A stretch of DNA of 64,000 nt from Patescibacteria group bacterium UBA6241 (GCA_002441425.1 DJWB01000001.1:105653-169652); one strand, 5' to 3'; counted from the first letter of the stretch, positions 54,422 to 64,000 are shown. Translations and numbers: made by a program. The notes: generated by a model not told the origin, from the sequence alone.

Positions 54422-57160
54422 ATGGAGGGTCCAATACGTCACGTAGCAAGTCCCGAGGACGAGCTGGAATATCTGCGTGCGCAAATCGCCGCAAAGGAGG
54501 CTGAACTGGAGTCTCTTAAAAAAGATCGTCCCCGAGAAGAAATTGCACATGAGCGAATCTTGCACCATCGCATGAGCGATGGTGAGCAGGTGCTTGCCCC
54601 GCACTACAAACTTAGTGAGAGCGAAGCACAAAAGCATGCGGAGGCTTTGGTGCTCAATCTAGATCCAGAAGAAAATGACGCAACTATTAGTGAGTTGCGA
54701 GGCGTAATGGAGGAAAAGGGAATCCATAATGCCTTTACAATCCTTTCAAAGCTCAACAATCCGCACCTGGACGACGATTTCCATAGATTCTTAGTGCAAT
54801 ACCTTGTTGCAGGCATGCAACCAAAAGGGCTCTCAGATAAGCAACCTGAGTGGAAAGCACTCAGAATGACACTGTATGAGGTAGCACTTCCAGAACCTGA
54901 GAAAGATACTGATTCTCGTGCTCGTTCACTCAAAGAGCTTATCTCCTCAATGGAGCAGTTTTATTCGGGAATGCTTGGCGTTGAACACGCGGGCATGGGA
55001 GAGCCTGCATACTTTACCGTTGAGCTTGCAGTCCCTGTTGATGCCTCGCACCTCATGTTTTATGCAGCAGTGCCAAACACACGCAAAGACCTGTTTGAAA
55101 AACAGCTCCTCGCTATTTTCCCTGATGCAGTTATCGCGACTCAGCCTAATGACTACAATGTCTTTACAGAAGGAGGCTCAGCTCTTGCAAGTGTCGCTAC
55201 CTTTAAAGATAAAGCGATGCTCCCACTCAAGGACTATCAGGACTTTGATTACGATCCATTGAATTCAATTTTGAATGCCTTTGCAAAGATTGCCCCAGAA
55301 GATGAAGGAGCAGCGATTCAGATAATCTTTAAACCAGAAGGAAACAAGTACGTTGAGCACTACAAGCGAATATTGCATGCTCTCAGACAAGGAGAACACC
55401 GCTCTCGCGCATTTACGCTTCCTGAAACATTTGTAGGGGATTTGGCACGCGAGGCTGCGGGACTCTTTATAACTCCAAAGAAGCAAGGAAAAACTGAACC
55501 TGTAGATCAGACTGCAGTTGAGATGGTTGAGAAGAAGATCAGTGCTTCTATAGTTGCTACCAATATACGAATTGCAGCATCTTCTCAAAGCGAAGCCAGA
55601 ACACAGCAGATATTGAGTGAGCTTGAAGCTGCATTTAATCAGTTTGACTTGCCTACAGGAAATAGGCTTGAGTTCTTGCGACCAAACCGAGCAGGACAAA
55701 AGCAGCTTTTGAGAGACTACTCTTTCAGGCTGTACAGAACGGCAACAACACTTCCTCTCTCTTTGCGAGAGCTAACTTCCCTGTATCACTTCCCGCCTCA
55801 AGGCATAGAATCTTCTCCGCACCTCAAGCAGTCTCGCTTTGCATCTGCTGCAGCGCCTGTGGGACTTCCTAAAGAGGGTATTTCTCTTGGTACTAATTCA
55901 TACAGAGGACAAGCAACAGACGTCCGCCTTTCAGACGAGGATAGATTGAGACACTTGTACGTTATTGGACAGACAGGAACAGGAAAGACTGGCTTCCTAA
56001 AGACCCTTATTGAGCAAGACATTCGTGATGGAAAGGGTGTGTGCTTTATTGATCCTCACGGAAACGACATTCTGGATGTACTCGCTATGATTCCTCCAGA
56101 GCGATACGAGGATGTTATTTACTTTGACCCGGCGTACATAGATCGTCCGGTTGGACTCAATCTTCTTGAGTACGATCCCGCACATCCTGAGCAAAAGACA
56201 TTTATCGTAAATGAGATTCTCGCTATCTTTAGACGTCTGTATGGAGATGTACCGGAGTCCATGGGCCCTGCCTTTGAGCAGTACTTTAGAAATGCAACGC
56301 TCCTTATTATGGAAGACCCTGCATCAGGCTCAACATTGCTTGATATTGCACGCGTGCTTTCTAACCAGGAGTTTAGAAACTTGAAGCTTGCGAGAAGCAA
56401 CAATCCTGTGGTGAATCAATTCTGGCAGGAGATTGCGACTAAGGCAGAGGGTGAAGCAAGTCTTCAGAATATTGTTCCGTATATCACTAACAAGTTTGAT
56501 GACTTCAGTGCAAATGACTTTATGCGCCCTATTGTAGGACAGCAGCATAGCTCCTTTAACTTTAGGGAGATCATGGATAATAAGAAGATCTTGCTTGTGA
56601 ATCTCTCAAAGGGACGACTTGGCGAGCGCAATGCAAACCTGCTTGGACTCATTATTATCGGGAAGCTCTTCATGGCAGCGCTTTCTCGTGCAGATGATCC
56701 GCGCGGAAACTTCCCTCCGTTCTATCTATATGTTGATGAGTTCCAGAACATCACCACCGATTCAATTCCAGGCATTCTCTCTGAAGCTCGCAAGTACAAA
56801 CTGTCTATGACTATGGCGCACCAGTTCCTCGCGCAGGTTGATGACAAGATACGAGATGCAGTGTTTGGAAACGTTGGATCTATGGCAGTATTCCGTGTTG
56901 GACAGGAAGATGGGGAATTCTTTGAGAAGTTATTTGACCCAACCTTCACAGCTCTTGATTTCACCAATATAGAAAACAGAAATGCGTATCTGAAACTCCT
57001 TGCGAATGGAGTCCCACAAAAGCCATTCAATATAAAAACTAGGAATCTTGAGGAGGGCAACCTCGCCCAGGTAGATGACTTACGAGAACTCTCGTATCTT
57101 ACCTATGGACGAGAGCGTGCTACAGTTGAAGATACTATTAGAGCCCGATACCTGTCATAA
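54422..57160 (+). CDS. Large P-loop ATPase with a C-terminal VirB4/TraG/HerA-like (DUF87-type) NTPase domain
   Basis: Walker A VIGQTGTGKTG and Walker B LYVDEFQNI in the C-terminal half of a 912-aa protein; the N-terminal about 500 aa are of unknown function. Confidence 0.6.
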   Translation: MEGPIRHVASPEDELEYLRAQIAAKEAELESLKKDRPREEIAHERILHHRMSDGEQVLAPHYKLSESEAQKHAEALVLNLDPEENDATISELRGVMEEKGIHNAFTILSKLNNPHLDDDFHRFLVQYLVAGMQPKGLSDKQPEWKALRMTLYEVALPEPEKDTDSRARSLKELISSMEQFYSGMLGVEHAGMGEPAYFTVELAVPVDASHLMFYAAVPNTRKDLFEKQLLAIFPDAVIATQPNDYNVFTEGGSALASVATFKDKAMLPLKDYQDFDYDPLNSILNAFAKIAPEDEGAAIQIIFKPEGNKYVEHYKRILHALRQGEHRSRAFTLPETFVGDLAREAAGLFITPKKQGKTEPVDQTAVEMVEKKISASIVATNIRIAASSQSEARTQQILSELEAAFNQFDLPTGNRLEFLRPNRAGQKQLLRDYSFRLYRTATTLPLSLRELTSLYHFPPQGIESSPHLKQSRFASAAAPVGLPKEGISLGTNSYRGQATDVRLSDEDRLRHLYVIGQTGTGKTGFLKTLIEQDIRDGKGVCFIDPHGNDILDVLAMIPPERYEDVIYFDPAYIDRPVGLNLLEYDPAHPEQKTFIVNEILAIFRRLYGDVPESMGPAFEQYFRNATLLIMEDPASGSTLLDIARVLSNQEFRNLKLARSNNPVVNQFWQEIATKAEGEASLQNIVPYITNKFDDFSANDFMRPIVGQQHSSFNFREIMDNKKILLVNLSKGRLGERNANLLGLIIIGKLFMAALSRADDPRGNFPPFYLYVDEFQNITTDSIPGILSEARKYKLSMTMAHQFLAQVDDKIRDAVFGNVGSMAVFRVGQEDGEFFEKLFDPTFTALDFTNIENRNAYLKLLANGVPQKPFNIKTRNLEEGNLAQVDDLRELSYLTYGRERATVEDTIRARYLS

Positions 57161-57171
57161 CTAACCTTTAT

Positions 57172-59760
57172 ATGACCGCTGAAAAACCGCCACGTTCAAG
57201 TGCTTCAAGTGAGGATAGAGAGAAGGAGCTTCGCTCTAAGCTGGATCGTCTTGAGGACGAAGGTCAGCGCTCTTCAGAGGGCTCATATCGCGGCGCAAGC
57301 AGAGAGCGAGGCGGCTTGGAGAATGAGGCGGTAGAGGCAGAACAAGAGCTCAGAGCACTTGAGACAACAAGGCATACAGAAGGAAGGAAACAAGAGATTA
57401 GGGCAAAGCTTGCACGTCTTGAAAACGAAGGGCAAAGATCTTCTGACTCTAAGTACCGTGGCGCAAGCAGAGAGCGTTCAGGTCTTGAAGGAGAAGTTCT
57501 GGAACTTGAGGATGAACTACGTACCCTTGAGGGAGGAAAGCCTCGTGCAGACAAAACTGCAGCTGAGCTCCGCGAAGAGCTAAAGGCTGGAGTTGAAGAG
57601 TTGAGTGCCATAAGCAGCGAGACGCCAGAGAAGACTGAAACTCCTAAGGAAGTTGAAAAGGCTCCAGAAGCTGCAGCTGCTCCGCAACCTGAAGCAACTA
57701 AATCTTCAATTGAAGATCAGCAGGCGCGTATTCGCGCTCTCGCGCTTGGAAACCGTGGTCCTGAGGCTATGGATAGAATGGAGAAAGAGCTTGGTGTAGG
57801 ACTTCGTACCAGCAAAGAATTTTATAAGCACAGTGCTCCTTTGGCTGAGAAGATGCTTACGAGCGAGAAGGCTTTCCTTGATGCGCTCCGCGCACAGCAA
57901 AAATCAAGAAATACGCTTGGCGTCATGGGAGATAATATTCTTGGACAAAGAAACCATCCTCCTGAGATTCAAGCACTTCGTGATGCATGGGTTAAGGATC
58001 GCGCAGATTACGCGAGATATCTAAATGCTTCAGCAGAAGTTCGTCACCACGATCGCGGCATTGATAACCCAAAGAGAAAGAAGTTTGATCGCGACGAGGT
58101 ACTCGCTCGCTATCAGCGACGCTTCACTGCACGAGAAGTTGTACTCGGTGCTGAAGAGGCAGAGGTACGCGCACGAAAAGAAGGATTGGATAGTAGGGAA
58201 AAGGGTTGGCTCGGCAAAGCATTTGATGGATACAAGAGTAAGGCACAGTGGGTTCGTGTACTTACTTCATCAGCGCTCCTTACAGGAAGCATCATTGCAG
58301 TTGCGGGAGGCGCAACAATAGGGCTTCCTCTTGTACTCGGTGCAGCATCAGTACTTACCGCAGCAGCAGCACTTAGAGCAAAGAGCGGCAGTAAGAGTGA
58401 AGCGTTCTTTGCAGGAGCTTCAATTGCCGGAGTATTCGGACTTGTTGGAGACAAGGCTGTTCGTGGAGCACACTGGCTCTTTGGTACGCAGAAGAAAGCA
58501 GACGCAAAGATTGCGCAAAGAGCAGGTCTCGGCAACCTTGGAGATGTCTCCAATCTTGGAGCTGTATCAGTAGGCCGAAGACATGCGCTAAACACACAGT
58601 CCCGCATTGATTTGCAGGCTCGCTATGCTCGTCTTGGTGCAGCAATAGTTGGAGGAATGGAGGCAGGACACATGCTCGCAGAGCATGGCCCGCAGCTTGG
58701 AGGACATGAGAATGCAGCTGTATCTGGAGTGGCACCTACTCCAGAAGTTAAGGATGTAACTCTTGCTGTAGGCGGAGACATCAATAATGCAGACCAGCTT
58801 GTTGGTCACTTTGGAAGGGATCTCTTGCAGGAGTATCCGGACGCTGATACTGCTCCTCCTGCAGTACAAACTTTATATCGCATGCTCGGAGAGAAAGACG
58901 GACACATTAATCTTATGACCGGAGAGGATCCTGCTACTCTTGAGTTTGGGTTCCAAGATCCTGATCAGTACAGCACGATTATGCATAATGGAAACGAGAT
59001 TAGATTTCATGATGGATTAATTCAATACAAAGAGTTCAATGAAAGTGAGTGGAGAACGCTAGTTCGTGAAGACGGTGAATTAAATGTAGGAGCGGTTGAT
59101 GATTTGGACAAGATGAATTTGCAAGGAGAAATCAGGGACGGTTCTCCGGTTGAGTCTGAACCTATTGTAAACGAGGAACCAGTACCTGCTCAGCCAACAG
59201 AAACAGTTAGAGCTGAAACTGAAACCGCGACCCAGGAACCACGTGCTGAGGTCCGCGCTGAGACACCACCTGCGGAATCTACACCAACAGAAAATGCTTC
59301 AACTCCTGAGCAGACTAACGTAAGAACTGTTGAGGAAGAGAATGAGATCACAAGGAATGCAAATCTCGCTCAAGCTGAGAGTGCTGCACAAGCAAATGCT
59401 GCAATTGCACATGAGCAGGCACTACGAGAAGCAGCTAACTCAACTCCTGCTGCGTCTGCTGTTGAAGCCTCTGCTTCAGCCCCAGACCTAGTTGAGGCCC
59501 ATGTATATGGAGTGCCAAATGAAAACTTCTATCAGGCATATGGAGGAACATTTGAGGAGTTACAGAAGACTGCACAGGATCTTGCTTTGGATTCAGGAAG
59601 AACCGTATTCATTGATGCGTCATACCAAGATTCACTTGGGGAGACAGTTGTGCGTTCTCTTGGCTTTGAACCAGATGGCACGGGAGGTGTACGTATGATT
59701 GTTACTGAAGACCCGAGGTTCGCAGTGCGTCCTGACAACTTTACAAGCGTCATTCGCTAA
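57172..59760 (+). CDS. Large hypothetical membrane protein with N-terminal tandem ~57-aa repeats
   Basis: Repeats KLDRLEDEGQRSSEGSYRGASRERGGLENE... and KLARLENEGQRSSDSKYRGASRERSGLEGE..., nucleotide period about 172 bp (57232-57362 and 57404-57534). Central TM helices; Glu/Thr/Ala-rich C-terminus. Confidence 0.5.
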   Translation: MTAEKPPRSSASSEDREKELRSKLDRLEDEGQRSSEGSYRGASRERGGLENEAVEAEQELRALETTRHTEGRKQEIRAKLARLENEGQRSSDSKYRGASRERSGLEGEVLELEDELRTLEGGKPRADKTAAELREELKAGVEELSAISSETPEKTETPKEVEKAPEAAAAPQPEATKSSIEDQQARIRALALGNRGPEAMDRMEKELGVGLRTSKEFYKHSAPLAEKMLTSEKAFLDALRAQQKSRNTLGVMGDNILGQRNHPPEIQALRDAWVKDRADYARYLNASAEVRHHDRGIDNPKRKKFDRDEVLARYQRRFTAREVVLGAEEAEVRARKEGLDSREKGWLGKAFDGYKSKAQWVRVLTSSALLTGSIIAVAGGATIGLPLVLGAASVLTAAAALRAKSGSKSEAFFAGASIAGVFGLVGDKAVRGAHWLFGTQKKADAKIAQRAGLGNLGDVSNLGAVSVGRRHALNTQSRIDLQARYARLGAAIVGGMEAGHMLAEHGPQLGGHENAAVSGVAPTPEVKDVTLAVGGDINNADQLVGHFGRDLLQEYPDADTAPPAVQTLYRMLGEKDGHINLMTGEDPATLEFGFQDPDQYSTIMHNGNEIRFHDGLIQYKEFNESEWRTLVREDGELNVGAVDDLDKMNLQGEIRDGSPVESEPIVNEEPVPAQPTETVRAETETATQEPRAEVRAETPPAESTPTENASTPEQTNVRTVEEENEITRNANLAQAESAAQANAAIAHEQALREAANSTPAASAVEASASAPDLVEAHVYGVPNENFYQAYGGTFEELQKTAQDLALDSGRTVFIDASYQDSLGETVVRSLGFEPDGTGGVRMIVTEDPRFAVRPDNFTSVIR

Positions 59761-59769
59761 TCAGACTAT

Positions 59770-60084
59770 ATGGACACTACAATGACACCACTAGAAAAGA
59801 TTATTGACGCGCTTGAGCTAGATCAGCTTCCGGCTGCAGAACAAGAAGAGATCATGAGCGATGTTGGATCTATTATCTTTCAGTCGTACATGATTAAGCT
59901 TATGCAGGTAATGGATCCTGCAACGAAGGAGCAATTTGGAAAGCTTGTTGAGGGAGACGCTTCTGAGGAGGAAGTAAGCGAGTTTGTATCAAAGAATGTT
60001 CCAGAATCTGGTGCACTCATTCAATCCACAATTGATGAAATGGTGGATGATATACTGGCTGTAACTGGCTCAGCGGCTGCATAA
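59770..60084 (+). CDS. Small acidic hypothetical protein (104 aa)
   Basis: ORF with coding-like composition. Confidence 0.4.
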   Translation: MDTTMTPLEKIIDALELDQLPAAEQEEIMSDVGSIIFQSYMIKLMQVMDPATKEQFGKLVEGDASEEEVSEFVSKNVPESGALIQSTIDEMVDDILAVTGSAAA

Positions 60085-60086
60085 AT

Positions 60087-60581
60087 ATGAACATAACTGG
60101 AACTGGAGTAGCGATTGCATTAGCGGTAGCGCTTGCGCTCGCATTTCTGCTTTATGGATCACAGATATACCAACCATTTACGCAGAATGTGCCAGAAGGA
60201 GCTATGTTAGACGTTAATGCAGAAAATATAAATACTATGAATCCAGAAGAATTGCCGACCGAACTTACCGTTGCTGACCTTGTTGAAGGAACAGGACCCG
60301 AAGCAAAAGCAGGAGATACAGTCTCAGTTAACTACGTAGGAGCACTTCCTGACGGAACTGTTTTTGATGCTTCAGCAAACCACGGAGGACCCTTTAGCTT
60401 TACGCTTGGAGGAGGACAAGTTATTTCCGGATGGGACCAAGGACTTGTTGGTATGAAAGTAGGAGGAAAGCGAAGTCTTATTATCCCGCCAGATATGGCA
60501 TATGGAAATCAGGCAGTTGGAGATGTTATTCCAGCGAACGCAACTCTTATATTTGAGGTTGAGCTTGTAGGAATTCAGTAA
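60087..60581 (+). CDS. FKBP-type peptidyl-prolyl cis-trans isomerase (membrane-anchored)
   Basis: FKBP core VNYVGALPDGTVFD...FSFTLGGGQVISGWDQGLVGMKVGGKR with an N-terminal TM helix. Confidence 0.85.
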   Translation: MNITGTGVAIALAVALALAFLLYGSQIYQPFTQNVPEGAMLDVNAENINTMNPEELPTELTVADLVEGTGPEAKAGDTVSVNYVGALPDGTVFDASANHGGPFSFTLGGGQVISGWDQGLVGMKVGGKRSLIIPPDMAYGNQAVGDVIPANATLIFEVELVGIQ

Positions 60582-60604
60582 ACCAAACTTGTAAGTAAAT
60601 GAAA

Positions 60605-60640
60605 TCCCCCGGAGCCTTTCGGTCCCGGGGGTTTTCAATC
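60605..60640 (+). terminator. Rho-independent terminator
   Basis: CCCCCGGAGCCTTTCGGTCCCGGGGGTTTTC. Confidence 0.65.
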
Positions 60641-60658
60641 TATTGGCGGCTGTAGTAT

Positions 60659-61300
60659 TTAGCCGCCGGGCATCATGGGCGTCGGACGACGCGATCCATC
60701 CGTGTTGGGGTTCGCGCCCCGCGACATCGGATCGGTCGGCGAACTGGTCGGACTCGGGAGCGTGGTGCGCCCGGAGCCCGTCCACGGGATGATGGCGATG
60801 CCTTGCAGCGCGCCGTCCCGTTCGCTCGCCATCCACGCGAAGGTGGCCGTGCAGTACGCCTGGGCGTACCGTTCGGCGGTGCGGTGCCGATCGTTGCCGT
60901 AGAAGGCTCCGGACCCGGCGCCCGATCCGGCTCCGTAGGCGAGGTAGTCGAGGACTTCCACACCCGCGAAGCCGAGTTCGGCGCCGGTGGCGACACCGAT
61001 CGCGGTGAAGATGGCGTTCTCGCCGCCGTTCTGCAGGATGCTCTGCAGACGGCCGGGAAGTTGGCCCTTCAGCTGCGTGCGGCACGCCTGGTCCAGCTCC
61101 AGAACCTGGTTGATCTCGGTCTGCGAGAAGCGCGCGGGAGTGGATCCCACGACGTCAGACAGGCCGGGATAGTGGACGAGAGCGTAAGCTCCGGAGAATC
61201 CGGTGTCCGCCGCTTGGTTGCCGCCGCAGGCCGCGAGGCTCATGGCGATGGCGGAAGCGAGGGCGATTCCCCCGATCCGCCGCTTGATCATGGTCTTCAT
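60659..61300 (-). CDS. High-GC lipoprotein with a glycine-zipper segment (213 aa), probably horizontally acquired
   Basis: Signal peptide plus lipobox LAAC, then GVATGAELGFAGVEVLDYLAYGAGSGAGSGAF; about 66% GC. Confidence 0.55.
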   Translation of the reverse strand: MKTMIKRRIGGIALASAIAMSLAACGGNQAADTGFSGAYALVHYPGLSDVVGSTPARFSQTEINQVLELDQACRTQLKGQLPGRLQSILQNGGENAIFTAIGVATGAELGFAGVEVLDYLAYGAGSGAGSGAFYGNDRHRTAERYAQAYCTATFAWMASERDGALQGIAIIPWTGSGRTTLPSPTSSPTDPMSRGANPNTDGSRRPTPMMPGG

Positions 61301-61458
61301 AGGGGTTTCCCCTCCAGAGAGATTGATGGGCAGCCCTTGCCGTATAGATTGGAAAGAACTGTATTTATAGTATATACCTTAAGATTGTCTGTTGTCAAGG
61401 GCTATCTAAGCCCATATTGCTTGCTCAAATAGCCTCTGGCCCGTACCGTAAGAGGTAC

Positions 61459-62682
61459 ATGCGGCCAATTAGTTTCAAGAAGGATTCAAATGAAGGCTCG
61501 GCAAGAGCCGGTATTCTTTCAACACCTCACGGAGATATTCAAACTCCGGCTTTTGTACCTGTGGGAACTAAGGCTGGAGTAAAAGGAATACTCCCCGAGC
61601 AGCTACATACGGTAGGAGCGCAAGTAGTTCTTGCGAATACGTACCACCTATATCTGCAGCCAGGAGAAGAGACAGTGAAGCAGGGTGGTGGCCTTGGAAA
61701 ATTCATGGGCTGGGAGGGACCAACCATGACAGACTCTGGAGGGTTCCAGGTCTTCTCTCTGGGTGCAGCATTCGGCAGAACTATAACTAAAATAGCCAAG
61801 GGAGAAGAGAACACGGAAATACAGGGAGTGTCTGTGTATGACGAAGATGTGCAGAGCCAGCATGGACAACTTGCAGTTATAGACGATCAGGGAGTTACCT
61901 TCACATCTCATCTTGATGGTTCGCTTCACCGGTTTACGCCTGAGCGATCAATAGAGATCCAGCATGCACTGGGTGCAGATATGTTCTTTGCATTTGATGA
62001 ATGCACATCGCCCACAGAGCCGTATGAGTATCAAAAGGAAGCAATGGATAGGACGCATCGGTGGGCAGAGCGATCTCTGAGAGCTCACAGACAGAACTTG
62101 TCTGCCAATAAGGCACAAGGAATTTTTGGAATAGTGCAGGGCGGAAGATATGAGGACCTAAGAACAGAAAGTGCGAAAGAGATTGCATCAATGGACTTTG
62201 ATGGGTTTGGCATTGGCGGGTCCTTTAGCAAAGAGGACATGATGGGTGCTTTGCAGGCAGCGGTAAGACATCTCCCTGAGGACAAGCCGAGGCACTTTTT
62301 AGGTATTGGAGAGCCAGGAGACCTTTTGCTTGGAATTGCTGAGGGTATGGATACCTTTGATTGCGTTGCGGCAACACGTCTTGGAAGACACGGAACTATA
62401 TATACAAAACGGGGCCCCGTACATTTGAAATCCGAGAAGCACAGAAGCGAACACGAGCCACTAGATTCAGAAACTGTTGTGTCAGGAACTGAGCTATTTA
62501 CACGTGCGTATGTTTCTCATCTCCTTCGCTCTGGAGAGATGTTGGGACAGATAATTGCCTCACAGCATAACCTTGGCTTCATTATTCAATTGGTAGACCA
62601 GGCAAGAGAGGCTATACGGGCTGGTAATTTTGACGAGTATCGGAGAAACTTCATATACACCTACTATGGCAAGTCCATTTAA
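61459..62682 (+). CDS. tgt: Queuine tRNA-ribosyltransferase
   Basis: TPAFVPVGT, LANTYHLYL and DSGGFQV motifs. ATG at 61459. Confidence 0.88.
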   Translation: MRPISFKKDSNEGSARAGILSTPHGDIQTPAFVPVGTKAGVKGILPEQLHTVGAQVVLANTYHLYLQPGEETVKQGGGLGKFMGWEGPTMTDSGGFQVFSLGAAFGRTITKIAKGEENTEIQGVSVYDEDVQSQHGQLAVIDDQGVTFTSHLDGSLHRFTPERSIEIQHALGADMFFAFDECTSPTEPYEYQKEAMDRTHRWAERSLRAHRQNLSANKAQGIFGIVQGGRYEDLRTESAKEIASMDFDGFGIGGSFSKEDMMGALQAAVRHLPEDKPRHFLGIGEPGDLLLGIAEGMDTFDCVAATRLGRHGTIYTKRGPVHLKSEKHRSEHEPLDSETVVSGTELFTRAYVSHLLRSGEMLGQIIASQHNLGFIIQLVDQAREAIRAGNFDEYRRNFIYTYYGKSI

Positions 62683-64000
62683 GATGCACAGTCCATTTCC
62701 TCCGGCAGGCGATCAGCCGAAGGCTATTGCCATGCTTACTGAAGGAATTGAGAAGGGATTGCATCACCAAACTCTGCTTGGTGTTACAGGTTCAGGAAAG
62801 ACGTATAGCATCGCGAACGTTATTCAGAACGTAGGGAAGCCAACACTCGTGCTCGCACATAACAAAACACTTGCTGCGCAGCTCGCTCAAGAGTACAAAG
62901 AATTCTTTCCTGAAAATGCAGTTCACTATTTTGTTTCGTACTACGATTACTATCAGCCAGAAGCGTATATTGCACATTCTGATACGTACATTGAGAAGGA
63001 GGCCCAGATCAACGCAGAGATAGATAGACTGCGACACGCAGCTACTCAAGCACTCCTTACAAGGAAAGATGTAATTATTGTTGCGTCTGTTTCAGCTATT
63101 TATGGTCTTGGTTCCCCTGCTGAATATGAAAAGAAACATGTGAAGCTTCTCGTTGGTGGAGAGGAGAATCGTGCTGCACTCATTCGCAAATTCATAGGTA
63201 TATATTTTGAGCGAACCAATGCGGATCTGGAACCTGGAAAGTTACGAGCCGTAGGAAATACAGTTGAACTCATGCCTGTAAATGAGCGAGTTATTTATCG
63301 CATTCTTTTTGATGACAACGTGATTTCCAAGATTGAGTGTCTTGATCCTGTATCTCGCGCGAAGACTGGAGAGCCAGACTCTCTCTTCGTATTCCCTGCA
63401 AAGCACTTTGTAACGAGCGAAGATGATCGCGCACGAGCTATAGAGGACATACAGAGAGAGTTGGATGAGCGCCTTGCGCAGTTAAAGAGAGAAGAAAAGA
63501 TTCTGGAGCATGAGCGCTTAAAGCGCCGTACTCAGCATGATCTCGCACTTATCAGAGAGATTGGATATACCACTGGTATTGAGAACTATTCTCGGCACTT
63601 TGATGGACGAGCTCCGGGGGAAGCGCCACATACGCTCCTTTCCTATTTCCCAAAGAAGAAGGATGGAACTCCAGATTTTCTTACGGTTATTGATGAGTCA
63701 CACGTAACAGTGACGCAAATCGGAGGAATGTATGCAGGGGATCGCTCTCGCAAGGATGTACTTGTAGAGCATGGATTCCGTCTGCCTTCTGCAAGGGATA
63801 ACCGTCCATTGCAGTTCGCTGAATTTGAAGAGCGAGTTGGACAAGTAATCTACACATCAGCGACTCCAGGAAAGTACGAAAAGGAGAAATCTGTTCCTCC
63901 AGACGGACAAGTAGCTGAACAGATTATTCGTCCAACTGGTCTTATTGATCCAGAGCTTGTTATTAAGCCAATTGTTGAGACAGCCACTAACAAAGGACAA
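62666..64000 (+). CDS. uvrB: Excinuclease ABC subunit B (N-terminal about 445 aa; continues beyond the window)
   Basis: ATG at 62666 overlaps the tgt stop. PAGDQPKAI, Walker A GVTGSGKT, a helicase-like domain and the YYDYYQPEAY motif. The open frame has no stop before 64000, so it is absent from the ORF track. Confidence 0.88.
   Translation, partial: MASPFKMHSPFPPAGDQPKAIAMLTEGIEKGLHHQTLLGVTGSGKTYSIANVIQNVGKPTLVLAHNKTLAAQLAQEYKEFFPENAVHYFVSYYDYYQPEAYIAHSDTYIEKEAQINAEIDRLRHAATQALLTRKDVIIVASVSAIYGLGSPAEYEKKHVKLLVGGEENRAALIRKFIGIYFERTNADLEPGKLRAVGNTVELMPVNERVIYRILFDDNVISKIECLDPVSRAKTGEPDSLFVFPAKHFVTSEDDRARAIEDIQRELDERLAQLKREEKILEHERLKRRTQHDLALIREIGYTTGIENYSRHFDGRAPGEAPHTLLSYFPKKKDGTPDFLTVIDESHVTVTQIGGMYAGDRSRKDVLVEHGFRLPSARDNRPLQFAEFEERVGQVIYTSATPGKYEKEKSVPPDGQVAEQIIRPTGLIDPELVIKPIVETATNKGQ

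Noticed and set aside
1-64000. Alternative genetic code (UGA recoding, as in some CPR lineages)
   Set aside because: Long ORFs are uninterrupted under the standard code, and TGA is used as a terminator directly before a conserved repeat (31016-31018). There is no evidence for recoding.

Overview
This 64-kb window is a gene-dense bacterial chromosome segment of about 45-48% GC. Several features suggest a reduced genome of Candidate Phyla Radiation / Saccharibacteria (TM7) type, though this is an inference: IF-2 is truncated (493 aa), DnaX is short (344 aa), Rel lacks an ACT domain, there are TrbC/VirB2 pilin-like membrane proteins and many small membrane-anchored hypotheticals, and TGA is used as a stop. 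The conserved backbone carries eight tRNA genes (Leu-TAG, Lys-CTT, Leu-TAA, Cys-GCA, Gly-TCC, Leu-CAA, Gln-TTG) and the housekeeping genes alr, rbfA-infB, clpB, miaA, a peroxiredoxin, parB, rel, topA, dprA, serS, an ftsQ-like gene, dus, dnaX, msrA, ogt, an rsuA/rluB-type pseudouridine synthase, an ECF sigma factor with a putative anti-sigma partner, an FKBP isomerase, tgt and a partial uvrB. The most striking feature is an accessory region that starts directly after tRNA-Gln at 26584. It holds 14 co-oriented copies of a ~29-bp repeat, consensus AAGGTTCCAACATCGTCCCA(C/G)AC(A/T)(G/C)CCAGC, between 27204 and 34595. Each copy sits just 3' of the stop codon of a short cassette-like gene. Cassette products include NUDIX hydrolases (2), a GNAT acetyltransferase, an SDR, a histidine phosphatase, an S51-like peptidase, a receiver-domain protein and several hypotheticals; two cassettes are inverted while the repeats stay co-oriented. 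GC content differs sharply from cassette to cassette (about 38-60%). This is an integron-like cassette array (CALIN-like, since no integrase lies in the window) with an unusually short repeat that has no recognisable attC palindrome, so it may be a new cassette-junction system. Other notable items are a two-motif LAGLIDADG homing endonuclease ORF immediately 3' of tRNA-Leu(CAA) whose reading frame runs in frame through the whole tRNA, a HigB/HigA-like toxin-antitoxin pair with a canonical sigma-70 promoter and an apparently leaderless start, two paralogous pilin-like proteins fused to peptidoglycan-hydrolase-like domains (SLT and M15-like), and several short high-GC (57-66%) insertions that look horizontally acquired, possibly from a high-GC (actinobacterial?) partner.
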